Shown here piece after piece: positions 25,599-34,513 of a stretch of 64,000 nucleotides of DNA. A program made the translations under genes and the position numbers. This DNA comes from Clostridia bacterium. GTDB taxonomy: Bacteria > Bacillota > Clostridia > Oscillospirales > CAG-272. The notes beneath the pieces were generated by a model. That model was not told where the DNA came from and made no database searches. It was given only the letters and a program-made list of their open reading frames with translations. How positions within the stretch are numbered: position 1 is the stretch's first letter; every line of letters begins with the position of its first letter. Where the stretch lies: positions 2,240 through 66,239 of the forward strand of contig JAFUKI010000122.1 in assembly GCA_017467815.1 (NCBI GenBank), written 5' to 3'.

Positions 25599-28400
25599 AT
25601 GAATATCATTGGATTCGACAACACAAAGCAGACCCGACATCCCCTTACCAATACTTTGGACGGCAACCTGGAACTGTTTGTTTATGTCAATAAAGCAAAA
25701 GGCAGGACCATTGTTTACGTCAACGACGCTGCGTTCTGCGTAAGCGATGCCGAAAATGGCTGTGAACCTTTTTTATGCGGCAAGATCTCCCTGCCCCGCG
25801 GAGAGTTCTGGCTGGCTGTAAAAAGCGAATGCGAGATCAATGAAATTGTACTTTCCGAATACAGTAATATTGACACTACAGTATCTTTTCTCCGTGCCTA
25901 TGAAGAACGTCCGGACGGAGAGCAAAAGATCGTTCAGGATCTTCAAGTATCCGAAGAAACCATCGAGATCCACAAACGGCACGGCTTTATTTTTGAAGAA
26001 AGCTATGACTGTGCTTTAGGCAAAATGCCCTCCGGTGTTCCTCTCGGCGGCATGGGATGCGGCAAGCTGGAGATCGCTGAGGACGGTATGTTTACTGCAT
26101 TTACCGGCAACAACAACCAGGACAGCCCGATTTACCGGATGCCCGGTTCCTTTATGGCAGTGGGCAGCGGCGATACACTGCGGATCATGCGCAAGGATCC
26201 TCTGGATATGCCGTATACTTCCATGAAATCGGTGGAAAGCAATTTTGTTTTCCCCTTTGCGGAACTGAAGGCGGAGGATCCGGCTCTGGATATACACACG
26301 GAAATCAAGGCATTTTCTCCTCACATTCCCGGCAATGCGGCGGATTCTGCACTTCCGGTCGTGTTTTTTGATGTTACTCTGCAGAACACTGCGGACAAGG
26401 AAACAGATGCGCTGTTCTGCTTCTCCTGGGAAAACATTATCAATGTAGGCGGCAGCATGGCAGTCCGCAACAGAAGTGAGCGGATTTTCCCCACCTGTTC
26501 CCACACATGGAACTATTCGTTCATCTGGTCCGACAGACGGGTAAATACCTGTGAAAGACGAAAAACAGCAGATGGGCTTGGTGCATTGGTATTCAGTGCG
26601 GAAGACGACCGTAAAAATCCCATGTCTTTCGGAGAACATCTGCTTTGGTGTTCCGACGAAAATGCCGAATATCTCCCCGACCGTTCCATTCTGCCGGAAG
26701 ATGAAAAAGAATTTGCCGCATGGCTGAAAAATCCTGTCTCGGAAATATCCGCTCATGGGGATTCGGAATTCCGTGCCGGTGCGGTTGTGATCCGGCGTCG
26801 GTTGGACAAGGGAGAAAGCCATCACGTACGTTTTGTTCTGGCATGGTATATGCCGAATATGTTGGATGACCTTGGTCAGAATCCCGGTGTGGAATATACG
26901 AACCGTTTTGATAATGTGGAAGAAGTACTGCAGTACGCGTTAAAACACCGTGACCGACTGTACGCACAGACAAAGGAACTGCAGAATATTCTGGAACAGT
27001 CCACCCTGCCCGACTGGTTTGTACGCCGTATTCTGGATGACCGTTTTGTAACCAACACCTGTTCCTGGTACGACAAAGACGGCAATTTCTCCATTAACGA
27101 AGCGCCCACCGGTATGTTTTTGTGCCTGGGAACCCTCGACCAGCGTACTGCATCCCAGGGGTATTACACCGCATTTTATCCGGAACTGGATAAAGTGGAG
27201 CTGGATCTGTTCCGACGCTCCCATGGAGCCAATGGAATGTGTGCCCACGAGATCGGTTTCGGCGGTATCAAATTGCTTTGCAGAGCTACGACACAGTGGC
27301 CCGATCTGGTATCGGCGTACATCATTCAGGTGTACCACACCTACCAGCGTACGGGTGACAGGGATTTTCTGAAACTGCACTGGCCGGCTATTAAAAAGGC
27401 TGTGGAATGGACGATCTCTCTGGATGAAAAAGACTGCGGTATTCCCTTTATCTGCCGCGGCAGAGGAACCACCTATGACAACCAGTTCTGGGAAGGCATC
27501 AATGCTTTTATTTCCACCATGCAGATCGCGTCCTACCGTATCGGCAGTATGTGTGCCGCCGCTGTGGGGGAACAGGATACAGCGGATGCATGGACTGCAC
27601 TGGCGGCAAAAGCGGAAGACACCCGTGCAAAGCATCTGTGGAACAAAGACGGACAGTATTACTGCAATGCCTATAACCCGGATACCGGAGAAACCGATAC
27701 ATCCTGTTTTATTTCTGCACTGGCAGGAGAATGGGCTATGCTGCGTGCCGGCATAAAACCGGGTATTTCCCTCGAACAGATCGCATTGGCATCTGCGGCG
27801 ATTACTGAACAATGTGTAGGTCCCAACGGTCTGACGGACCAGGGCGGCAGAAAGGACACCACCCAGGGATTCATTCAGTATCCCCTTTCCTATCTGGCAG
27901 CTCCGGCATTTTATGCAGGCAATACCGCATCCGGCTGGAAGGTGACGGAGACTACGGAAAAGGTGATCACCGGCCCCTGCTCCACCCACTTTACCCAGGG
28001 ACTGACCTACAGTTACACCGGTGAACGGCACGGTCTGCCTTACTATATGACAGCTCCTGCTTCCTGGACGGTACTGGAAAGTCTGGTTGGGCTGCGTGCG
28101 GATCTGGCGGAAGGTGTTCTGACACTTGCCCCCCTTACGGAAGATAACAAAAAGTTCAGCGTACCCGTATTTCTGCCTTATGCATGGTTCAGCTGTACTG
28201 TGAGCGAGGACGGCAGCACGATGCAGCTCACCCCCATCCGTTCCCTGAACACCTGCAGCTTCAATCGGCTGAAGATCAAGGGACACTGGAGCATGGACGG
28301 TGCGGTTTGTACCTATGCCGATGGATACACAGTTGCGGAAATGGCATTTGACCCCGGCACGGATACGGTCTGTCTGACCAAATGCGGGGATGTTCTGTGA
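25599..28400 (+). CDS. GH116-like glycoside hydrolase (GBA2-type beta-glucosidase fold)
   Basis: 933 aa. The GVPLGGMGCGKLEI N-domain motif and the large (alpha/alpha)6 C-domain are typical of GH116. The catalytic residues were not verified. Confidence 0.75.
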   Translation: MNIIGFDNTKQTRHPLTNTLDGNLELFVYVNKAKGRTIVYVNDAAFCVSDAENGCEPFLCGKISLPRGEFWLAVKSECEINEIVLSEYSNIDTTVSFLRAYEERPDGEQKIVQDLQVSEETIEIHKRHGFIFEESYDCALGKMPSGVPLGGMGCGKLEIAEDGMFTAFTGNNNQDSPIYRMPGSFMAVGSGDTLRIMRKDPLDMPYTSMKSVESNFVFPFAELKAEDPALDIHTEIKAFSPHIPGNAADSALPVVFFDVTLQNTADKETDALFCFSWENIINVGGSMAVRNRSERIFPTCSHTWNYSFIWSDRRVNTCERRKTADGLGALVFSAEDDRKNPMSFGEHLLWCSDENAEYLPDRSILPEDEKEFAAWLKNPVSEISAHGDSEFRAGAVVIRRRLDKGESHHVRFVLAWYMPNMLDDLGQNPGVEYTNRFDNVEEVLQYALKHRDRLYAQTKELQNILEQSTLPDWFVRRILDDRFVTNTCSWYDKDGNFSINEAPTGMFLCLGTLDQRTASQGYYTAFYPELDKVELDLFRRSHGANGMCAHEIGFGGIKLLCRATTQWPDLVSAYIIQVYHTYQRTGDRDFLKLHWPAIKKAVEWTISLDEKDCGIPFICRGRGTTYDNQFWEGINAFISTMQIASYRIGSMCAAAVGEQDTADAWTALAAKAEDTRAKHLWNKDGQYYCNAYNPDTGETDTSCFISALAGEWAMLRAGIKPGISLEQIALASAAITEQCVGPNGLTDQGGRKDTTQGFIQYPLSYLAAPAFYAGNTASGWKVTETTEKVITGPCSTHFTQGLTYSYTGERHGLPYYMTAPASWTVLESLVGLRADLAEGVLTLAPLTEDNKKFSVPVFLPYAWFSCTVSEDGSTMQLTPIRSLNTCSFNRLKIKGHWSMDGAVCTYADGYTVAEMAFDPGTDTVCLTKCGDVL

Positions 28401-28419
28401 GGATCGAATAAAAAGCTCA

Positions 28420-28450
28420 GGGACTGTCTTAAGCCAGGCAGTCCCTTTTG
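28420..28450 (+). terminator. Terminator (GGGACTGTC family hairpin)
   Basis: GGGACTGTC-N8-GGCAGTCCC followed by TTTTG. Confidence 0.75.
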
Positions 28451-28597
28451 TTATGAAATGGATTCCGGAATAAGTATCTTCTTTCTGCTGCAGTTGTTAT
28501 TTGTATATATGTTTTTCATAACTTCTCGAAAAATATTTTTTGTACTGCCCTGACAGCTTGTTTGCAAAAATATATTTACCAAGTTTGCAATTTCCTA

Positions 28598-28626
28598 TTG
28601 CATTTCTTTTGCAGACATGATATAAT
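28598..28626 (+). promoter_or_regulatory. Promoter of the DUF4091 gene
   Basis: TTGCAT, a 17-nt spacer, then TATAAT, about 45 nt upstream of the ATG. Confidence 0.6.
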
Positions 28627-28671
28627 CGCTTTACCCGAGATCCTATCGATCAAGTTAAATGGAGGGCGATT

Positions 28672-30357
28672 ATGCGTTATACTATTGTTGATTCTGCCGA
28701 ATTCACCTACCCAGATCAGATTGTATACCCCACATCTGCCAGAACGGCGGAAATGGATGCTCCCAGAGGCGGTTATGCATCCTTCCAGGTATTGCTCGAA
28801 TGTCTGAAACCGGATCATGTACAGGAAAACTGGCTGCCGGAAGCGATTTACAACGATCCCGCTGTACTGGAGCTGGCCAAGCGCGGATTCCCCCGGGCAG
28901 AAAACATCCGGATTGAAACGAATTTTCCTTTCGCCGCCGATTGGTATACCCTTGTGCCGGTCACAGTGGAAGGGCATCCCAATATGTTCCCCGAAGTTGT
29001 CCCCTATGAACCTCACTTTCCCGAACGCATTGCGCCCTACCGTATTTACGACTGTCTGCGGCCTTTTGACGGCACGGTAGATGTAGGTGTCGGTGACGGA
29101 CGTGTGCCGGATACGGGTATCGGCGGTCTGTACTGTGCCATCCGTATTCCGGAAAATGCGGAACCGGGTATTTATACTTCCGATGTGACTATCTCATACG
29201 GTGAGGAATCCGTAACCTTCCCCATCACCGTGAAAGTACACAAAGCTGTATTACCCGCTGAATCCCTGTATGTTCTGCTGGCTTACTTTTCACATAACAC
29301 CGGCAAATATCACGGTAAATCCGCTGAATGCAATTCTTTCGTAACCGAAATGGATGATGCTTACCTGAAAATGATGCGGCATATGCGCATGAACAGCTTA
29401 TATGTAGGCGGATTCAAATCGGAAAAGGTGGGAGACAACCAGTACCGTTTTGATTTCACCGAACTGGAAACGAAAATGCGGCATTATGTATCCCTCGGTT
29501 TCAAGCATTTCATGCTGCCTGCTCTTGGTGGACGTGTAAGCTGGGAAACCTCCACGATCCGTATTCACGGCGGTTTGGACGCAATGAGCTATGAAGCCTA
29601 CTGTTATCTCGCCCAGTATCTCCCCGCACTCCGGGAAATGCTGCAGAAAAACGGTTGGCTTGATAAAGTTATGATGAGCGTCTGCGATGAGCCCAACGAT
29701 GCCAATGCCACCGAATTCCGTGCTCTCGCCGGTCTGGCTCGCAAATTCGCTCCGGAAATCCCGCTGGCAGATGCACTGAGCTTCTGCAACATACACGGTG
29801 CGTTGGATATTCTGATTCCGCTGAATGCACAGTATGATATGCATCAGAAGGAATTTGAGACCTTGCGTGCACACGGCGGTGACCTCTGGCATTACACAAG
29901 CTGCTCCCCACGCCACGATCATATCTACAAGAATTATATCAACCGTTTTATGGACAATCCTCTTCTGGGTACACGATATCTGTTCTGGGGTAATTACAAA
30001 TACAACCTGACCGGTTATCTGCACTGGGCGGTGAACTGTTATCAGCCCGGTCAGGACCCGTTCGTCCAGAACTGTCCCGAACACCACAATGCAGATATGT
30101 GCTTCCGTCTGCCCGCCGGTGATACCCATCTGATCTACCCCGGCAAGGACGGTCCCTGGCTGTCCATACGCGGCGAATCCCAGAGAGAAAGTGCGGAAGA
30201 ATACGAAATGCTCAAGGCATTATCCGCCGTTGACAAGGAAAAGGCAGATGCTATCTGCAATGAAGTATTCCGTTCCTTCCGCGATGTGGAATACGATATT
30301 TCCCTCTTCCGCGCCGCACGGAAAAAGCTGCTGGAAGCTTTGAGTGAAGTTCAGTGA
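28672..30357 (+). CDS. DUF4091 domain protein (GH123-like)
   Basis: 561 aa and cytoplasmic, with a GGAGGG RBS. The family assignment is from memory of DUF4091 proteins, which are similar in size and context. Confidence 0.65.
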   Translation: MRYTIVDSAEFTYPDQIVYPTSARTAEMDAPRGGYASFQVLLECLKPDHVQENWLPEAIYNDPAVLELAKRGFPRAENIRIETNFPFAADWYTLVPVTVEGHPNMFPEVVPYEPHFPERIAPYRIYDCLRPFDGTVDVGVGDGRVPDTGIGGLYCAIRIPENAEPGIYTSDVTISYGEESVTFPITVKVHKAVLPAESLYVLLAYFSHNTGKYHGKSAECNSFVTEMDDAYLKMMRHMRMNSLYVGGFKSEKVGDNQYRFDFTELETKMRHYVSLGFKHFMLPALGGRVSWETSTIRIHGGLDAMSYEAYCYLAQYLPALREMLQKNGWLDKVMMSVCDEPNDANATEFRALAGLARKFAPEIPLADALSFCNIHGALDILIPLNAQYDMHQKEFETLRAHGGDLWHYTSCSPRHDHIYKNYINRFMDNPLLGTRYLFWGNYKYNLTGYLHWAVNCYQPGQDPFVQNCPEHHNADMCFRLPAGDTHLIYPGKDGPWLSIRGESQRESAEEYEMLKALSAVDKEKADAICNEVFRSFRDVEYDISLFRAARKKLLEALSEVQ

Positions 30358-30389
30358 TCCCAAAATAAATAGATCTATGTATCAAAGAA

Positions 30390-30420
30390 GGGACTGTCTT
30401 ACATCAGGCAGTCCCCTTTA
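30390..30420. terminator. Bidirectional terminator (GGGACTGTC family hairpin)
   Basis: GGGACTGTC-N8-GGCAGTCCC lies between convergent genes. Confidence 0.7.
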
Positions 30421-30421
30421 T

Positions 30422-30910
30422 TTATGGAATTGGTTCGGAAACACATTTTTTCTTTCTGCTGCGGCGTATTTGCCAAACGATCAGCACTGCAAGAAGGATC
30501 CCCGTCACAGCGCCGCTGAAATCGATCAGCACATCGGATACCATACTGCTTCTTCCTGTGAAATTCTGTATAAACTCATCCGTTACAGCCGTTATCAGGG
30601 CAGAGAGGAAAATGGCGGAAACATGGTATCGTCCGGTGATCTTTTCCACGCTGAACATCAGCAGGGTAAGAAACGCGCCAAGTACGGCAAATTCCGTAAA
30701 ATGTGCTGTTTTCCGGATGAATTTGTGAAAGGATGCCGTATCTATATTCCCGTTTCCGTTGAACAGCGCCAGAATGCTTTCCGCCAGACCGGAGCTGATC
30801 GCATTGGATTCTTCCCCGTTCTTGCAGGAATTGCTGAATATGAACAGTGCGGCAAGTATGCACAGTATGGCACACAGAATAACGTACCGGTATTTTCTCA
30901 GGTAGATCAA
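30422..30910 (-). CDS. VanZ family membrane protein
   Basis: RKTAHFTEFAVLGAFL and DEFIQNFTGRSSMVSDVLIDFSGA are VanZ-like. TTG start. Confidence 0.72.
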   Translation of the reverse strand: MIYLRKYRYVILCAILCILAALFIFSNSCKNGEESNAISSGLAESILALFNGNGNIDTASFHKFIRKTAHFTEFAVLGAFLTLLMFSVEKITGRYHVSAIFLSALITAVTDEFIQNFTGRSSMVSDVLIDFSGAVTGILLAVLIVWQIRRSRKKKCVSEPIP

Positions 30911-31025
30911 CTGACTGTTTCCCCTTTCCGTTTTTGCTCCGCTTTTATTCTGTCCATCATTTTACAGGAATAATATGAATTGTGAATAGGATTTTTGTAA
31001 CTTTTCAGAAAATACAAAAATTTCA

Positions 31026-31064
31026 GGGACTGCCCGAAATTCAGTTTCAGGACAGTCCCTTTTG
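31026..31064 (-). terminator. Terminator of the extended sigma factor gene (related hairpin)
   Basis: GGGACTGCC-N15-GGACAGTCCC. Confidence 0.65.
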
Positions 31065-31114
31065 GAATATTCAATATTTACCGTGCCGTTTTTCTTATGT
31101 ACTGCGATGGGTAC

Positions 31115-32740
31115 TTATTTCATAACACTCATGAAGCATCCCTCTGCACCGATTCCGTTTTCCAGCGGGGTGAGAATGCCTTTTTCAATGAGAACTTCCA
31201 CCAGAGCATCAATGATCGGTATGTTGGCAATGTCGTTTGCAAACATCCACTCACCCTGCAGATGGTCCGGTACATTCTTACGGATCAGTTCCGCCAGTTT
31301 TTCTGCGGTACGCTGTGCTTCTTCTTCAAAATAACCATTACACAACTGTCTGGTGATCGCAGAACGGTTGGAAGCATCTTCTGCTGCATATACGAGAATT
31401 TTCGTATACAGCATATCTCCTTCCCGGTACAGATAACCGCATTCGATGGCTTTGGCTGCGTGTTCCTTCTCTGTATCGGTCAATGTGGATACAGCAAGGC
31501 CTTCGATGGCACGAATGGCAAGCTGCAGCTGGGGGTCGTTGGCAACATTGTGACCGCAGTGGAAATGATGGCGGATGCGGGAAATATAGATATTTACCAC
31601 CTCAATTTTTGTGTATCCGCACACATTACTTGCACTGATTCCGTCACAGCCGCTGCCATAGTGCTTACCATTGTATTCCCATCCGAATACACTGAAGGGA
31701 CGATCAGCTTTTTCCACATCCGCAAAATATTTTTCTTCCAGGACCCGCTGTACATTTTTCTCAAAAGCTTGTGCCATCCAGAATACCTGGGACCAGAGAA
31801 TCAGATTCAGATCCACTTTTTTGTTCAGATAGGGGAATGCAAGGTATTCTTCTTTATGCTGTTCAATAAAATCGGAGATGATACTGCCGATCTTTGGCAT
31901 ATGTTCTGTGCATAAAGCGTGTGCTTTTTCCACGGTATCCTTGTCGAAAAGAACAAAGTTGATGGCGTACTTTCCGTTATCCAGCCGGCGAAGGAGTCCG
32001 TATGTACCGTTTTCGCCTCTGGTGAGGATATCCAGTTCATTCTCCACATAAATGGTGGGCACATTCAGTTCTGCGGCAATTTCAGATGCACTCATGGGTT
32101 TTCTGCGGCACAGCCATACTACATGACTGGAAAGAATTCTGTTGTAAACAGTACGGGGATCTCCCCAACCGGGATTGCCACTTCCCCAGATTACAAGGTC
32201 AATATTACTGAGTGCTGCCGGTTTGTTATAGGTTTCTGTCATATCTTCCACCTCACTTTTGATTTTTTGTCTGGCTGCGAACAGTCTCTGACGTACTGCA
32301 CCTTCGCTGGTGTTCAGCTGCACGGCAATTTCTGCGGTGGACATCCCGTCTATGTAGTACAGGATCATTACCTCCCGGTACGCTTTGGTCAGAAAGGCGA
32401 TACGGCGGTACACACCGGCAAGCAGTTCCGCGCTGTTGTCGTCGTTTTCTTCCGCGGCGATAAAGGGCAGTATTTCTTCCGCATCTCCCTCATAGAACAG
32501 GTTTGCATGCCGTTTTCTTTTATTGGAATAATCGGCATACACATTCCGCGCCACACGCCAGATGAAGGGGTACACGCTGGCAACCTCCCCATCCGAGGCA
32601 GCCGCTTTCACCAGGGCGAAAATGATATCGGAACACAGCTCCTGGGCTTCATAGCTGTCATTGGTCCGTGCGTAGCAGAATCCGAACAGCTTATCCAGAA
32701 GTTCGTCGTCAAAATAGTTCAGCAGTTCTTGTTTTTTCAT
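31115..32740 (-). CDS. Sigma-70/ECF-like sigma factor with a C-terminal extension of about 360 aa
   Basis: The N-terminal ~185 aa carry regions 2 and 4 (MSTAEIAVQLNTSEGAVRQRLFAARQKI). The remainder is a soluble extension with another HTH-like stretch. The start is set to the ATG at 32740, behind GGAG. Confidence 0.78.
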   Translation of the reverse strand: MKKQELLNYFDDELLDKLFGFCYARTNDSYEAQELCSDIIFALVKAAASDGEVASVYPFIWRVARNVYADYSNKRKRHANLFYEGDAEEILPFIAAEENDDNSAELLAGVYRRIAFLTKAYREVMILYYIDGMSTAEIAVQLNTSEGAVRQRLFAARQKIKSEVEDMTETYNKPAALSNIDLVIWGSGNPGWGDPRTVYNRILSSHVVWLCRRKPMSASEIAAELNVPTIYVENELDILTRGENGTYGLLRRLDNGKYAINFVLFDKDTVEKAHALCTEHMPKIGSIISDFIEQHKEEYLAFPYLNKKVDLNLILWSQVFWMAQAFEKNVQRVLEEKYFADVEKADRPFSVFGWEYNGKHYGSGCDGISASNVCGYTKIEVVNIYISRIRHHFHCGHNVANDPQLQLAIRAIEGLAVSTLTDTEKEHAAKAIECGYLYREGDMLYTKILVYAAEDASNRSAITRQLCNGYFEEEAQRTAEKLAELIRKNVPDHLQGEWMFANDIANIPIIDALVEVLIEKGILTPLENGIGAEGCFMSVMK

Positions 32741-32899
32741 AGATTTCTCCAAGCGATTGATCAATGCTTTCATCTATATAGTCGGTGGATGATGGGGTTT
32801 GTTAGGTGGGTGAAGTAATTTTTAACCTTTATCAAAAAAGCCGAAAAAAGGAAGATCACTTCCCTTTCATCGGCTTTTCTATAACATTTCTTATCCTTC

Positions 32900-34153
32900 T
32901 CACAGATCGGCTTCCATACCCGGCAGCAGATTGTCCAGAATCCGGTTTTCTCCGGCGATTCTGTCGCAAAATGCCTCGTACACTGCATCGGATGCATCCT
33001 CGCGGTTGATCAGCGGCTGACCGGCTGGACGGAGGATCGTGTTGCCCGTCAGATGATAGTCCTCGGGTACATAACCGGGACCGCCGGCTTTGAAGATGGT
33101 ATGCAGTCTCGCTCCGGCGAAGGTATTGTTCCGCACCTCGATCCCGTTCAGAGGACACACCAGATGGTACATCAGCAGGTGGCTGGAATTTTCTTTATCC
33201 GGGCGTACTTCATAGCTCCAACCGTATCCCGCGTACAGGCAGGTGTTGTTCTCAAACACACAGTTCACAAAACCCGTATCCGGCAGGTTTCCGTCCGACC
33301 ACACCTCAAAGGACTGCTGATTGTTCCACATAACACAGTTCCGTACCGTAATGTCCCGCCAGCCCTTGGTCACTTCATTGCCCTGCATTGTGAAGGCTAC
33401 ATCGTAGATCTGGGAGAAACGGCAGTTTTCGATCAGTACGTCACAGGAATCCGTCCAGCATTCGATACCGTTGCCATAGCGGACATTGGTGCCGAATCCG
33501 TCCAGAACAGAACCGCCTATCTCGTGGAACTCGCAGTTGTCGATATGGGCGTGGCGGATGATCATTCCGGCAATACCGTGACCGCCGGTGCCGTTGAACA
33601 CGATGTTTTCCACCTTCAGATAATCGGCGAAGGTGACACAGCGGATGTTGCAGGCGATGCGGATATCGTCGGATCTCTCACCGGGATTTTCTTCGGATTT
33701 TATGTATATATACTGCTCGTCCGCACAGAAATCCCAGTCGTTTTCCAGTTTTTCCGGTGTAAAGCTGTTGCAGCCGTAAATTTTGCCGGAAACTTTAATG
33801 AAGCCTATGTTGGTATCCATTTCGGTTATGTTCCCAGTGAACTTGCCGGTATCCAGCAGATCCAGCCGCCAGATATGATCCCCGCAGGATTCCCATGCGT
33901 CTTTGTTGGCGATCTTGAACTGGCTGACCACCGGTTTCGGGCCGTCGCCGTATGCGCTGTAGGTAGTGAATTCTCCTCCGTCCGGCTGATCCGGCGGCAG
34001 GATGGCTCCGTAGAATGTATCCCCACGGCGGAAGCAGACGGTATCGCCGCAGGAAATGGTCTGATTGGCTTTTGCGATGGTTTTCCATGGAGTTTCGGAG
34101 GTAAGACCATCGTTGGTATCACAGCCGTGACCGGCAACATAGTATGTAGGCAT
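32900..34153 (-). CDS. Right-handed parallel beta-helix repeat protein (pectate-lyase fold)
   Basis: YYVAGHGCDTNDGLTSETPWKTIAKAN opening, then repeated NCxF/NNxx turns. No signal peptide. AGGAG RBS before the ATG at 34153. Confidence 0.72.
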   Translation of the reverse strand: MPTYYVAGHGCDTNDGLTSETPWKTIAKANQTISCGDTVCFRRGDTFYGAILPPDQPDGGEFTTYSAYGDGPKPVVSQFKIANKDAWESCGDHIWRLDLLDTGKFTGNITEMDTNIGFIKVSGKIYGCNSFTPEKLENDWDFCADEQYIYIKSEENPGERSDDIRIACNIRCVTFADYLKVENIVFNGTGGHGIAGMIIRHAHIDNCEFHEIGGSVLDGFGTNVRYGNGIECWTDSCDVLIENCRFSQIYDVAFTMQGNEVTKGWRDITVRNCVMWNNQQSFEVWSDGNLPDTGFVNCVFENNTCLYAGYGWSYEVRPDKENSSHLLMYHLVCPLNGIEVRNNTFAGARLHTIFKAGGPGYVPEDYHLTGNTILRPAGQPLINREDASDAVYEAFCDRIAGENRILDNLLPGMEADL

Positions 34154-34288
34154 GGGTGATCTCCTGATACGTTCAATTTTTTTAATTATATCACGGACAC
34201 AGTTGGTTGTCAAGTTTCATACGGGGGGATGTGTAAAAATACAGAGAAAAAATATCCGATTTTCAAGCAAAAAAAATTGCAAAAAGTA

Positions 34289-34317
34289 TTGACAAGCGGA
34301 TCAAAAAGTAGTATAAT
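34289..34317 (+). promoter_or_regulatory. Perfect consensus promoter of tRNA-Leu
   Basis: TTGACA (34289..34294), a 17-nt spacer, then TATAAT (34312..34317). Confidence 0.8.
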
Positions 34318-34355
34318 ATCATCGTTGACGTGACAGGGTTCCGTCAGCGATATAT

Positions 34356-34439
34356 GCGGGCATGGCGGAATTGGCAGACGCGCTAGATTCAGGTTCTAGT
34401 GAAAGCAATTTCATGGAGGTTCAAGTCCTCTTGCCCGCA
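34356..34439 (+). tRNA. tRNA-Leu (anticodon CAG)
   Basis: Acceptor GCGGGCA/TGCCCGC with discriminator A. Anticodon arm CTAGA-TTCAGGT-TCTAG. Long variable arm, and T-arm GGAGG-TTCAAGT-CCTCT. CCA is not encoded. Confidence 0.93.
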
Positions 34440-34445
34440 TCAACA

Positions 34446-34476
34446 AACCTTGAGAATGAAAGTTCCCAAGGTTTTT
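34446..34476 (+). terminator. Terminator after tRNA-Leu
   Basis: AACCTTG ... CAAGGTT followed by TTTTT. Confidence 0.7.
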
Positions 34477-34513
34477 GTTTTTCTCAGAATCATATTTGGA
34501 GGTGTATATAACA

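Noticed and set aside
26940-28286. 448-aa minus-strand ORF (plus several shorter ones) inside the GH116-like gene
   Set aside because: Antisense shadow ORFs. The plus-strand 933-aa frame is continuous and has an RBS and family motifs.
33053-34159. 368-aa plus-strand ORF opposite the beta-helix gene
   Set aside because: Shadow ORF with no RBS and a low-complexity, Val/Gly/Ala-rich translation.
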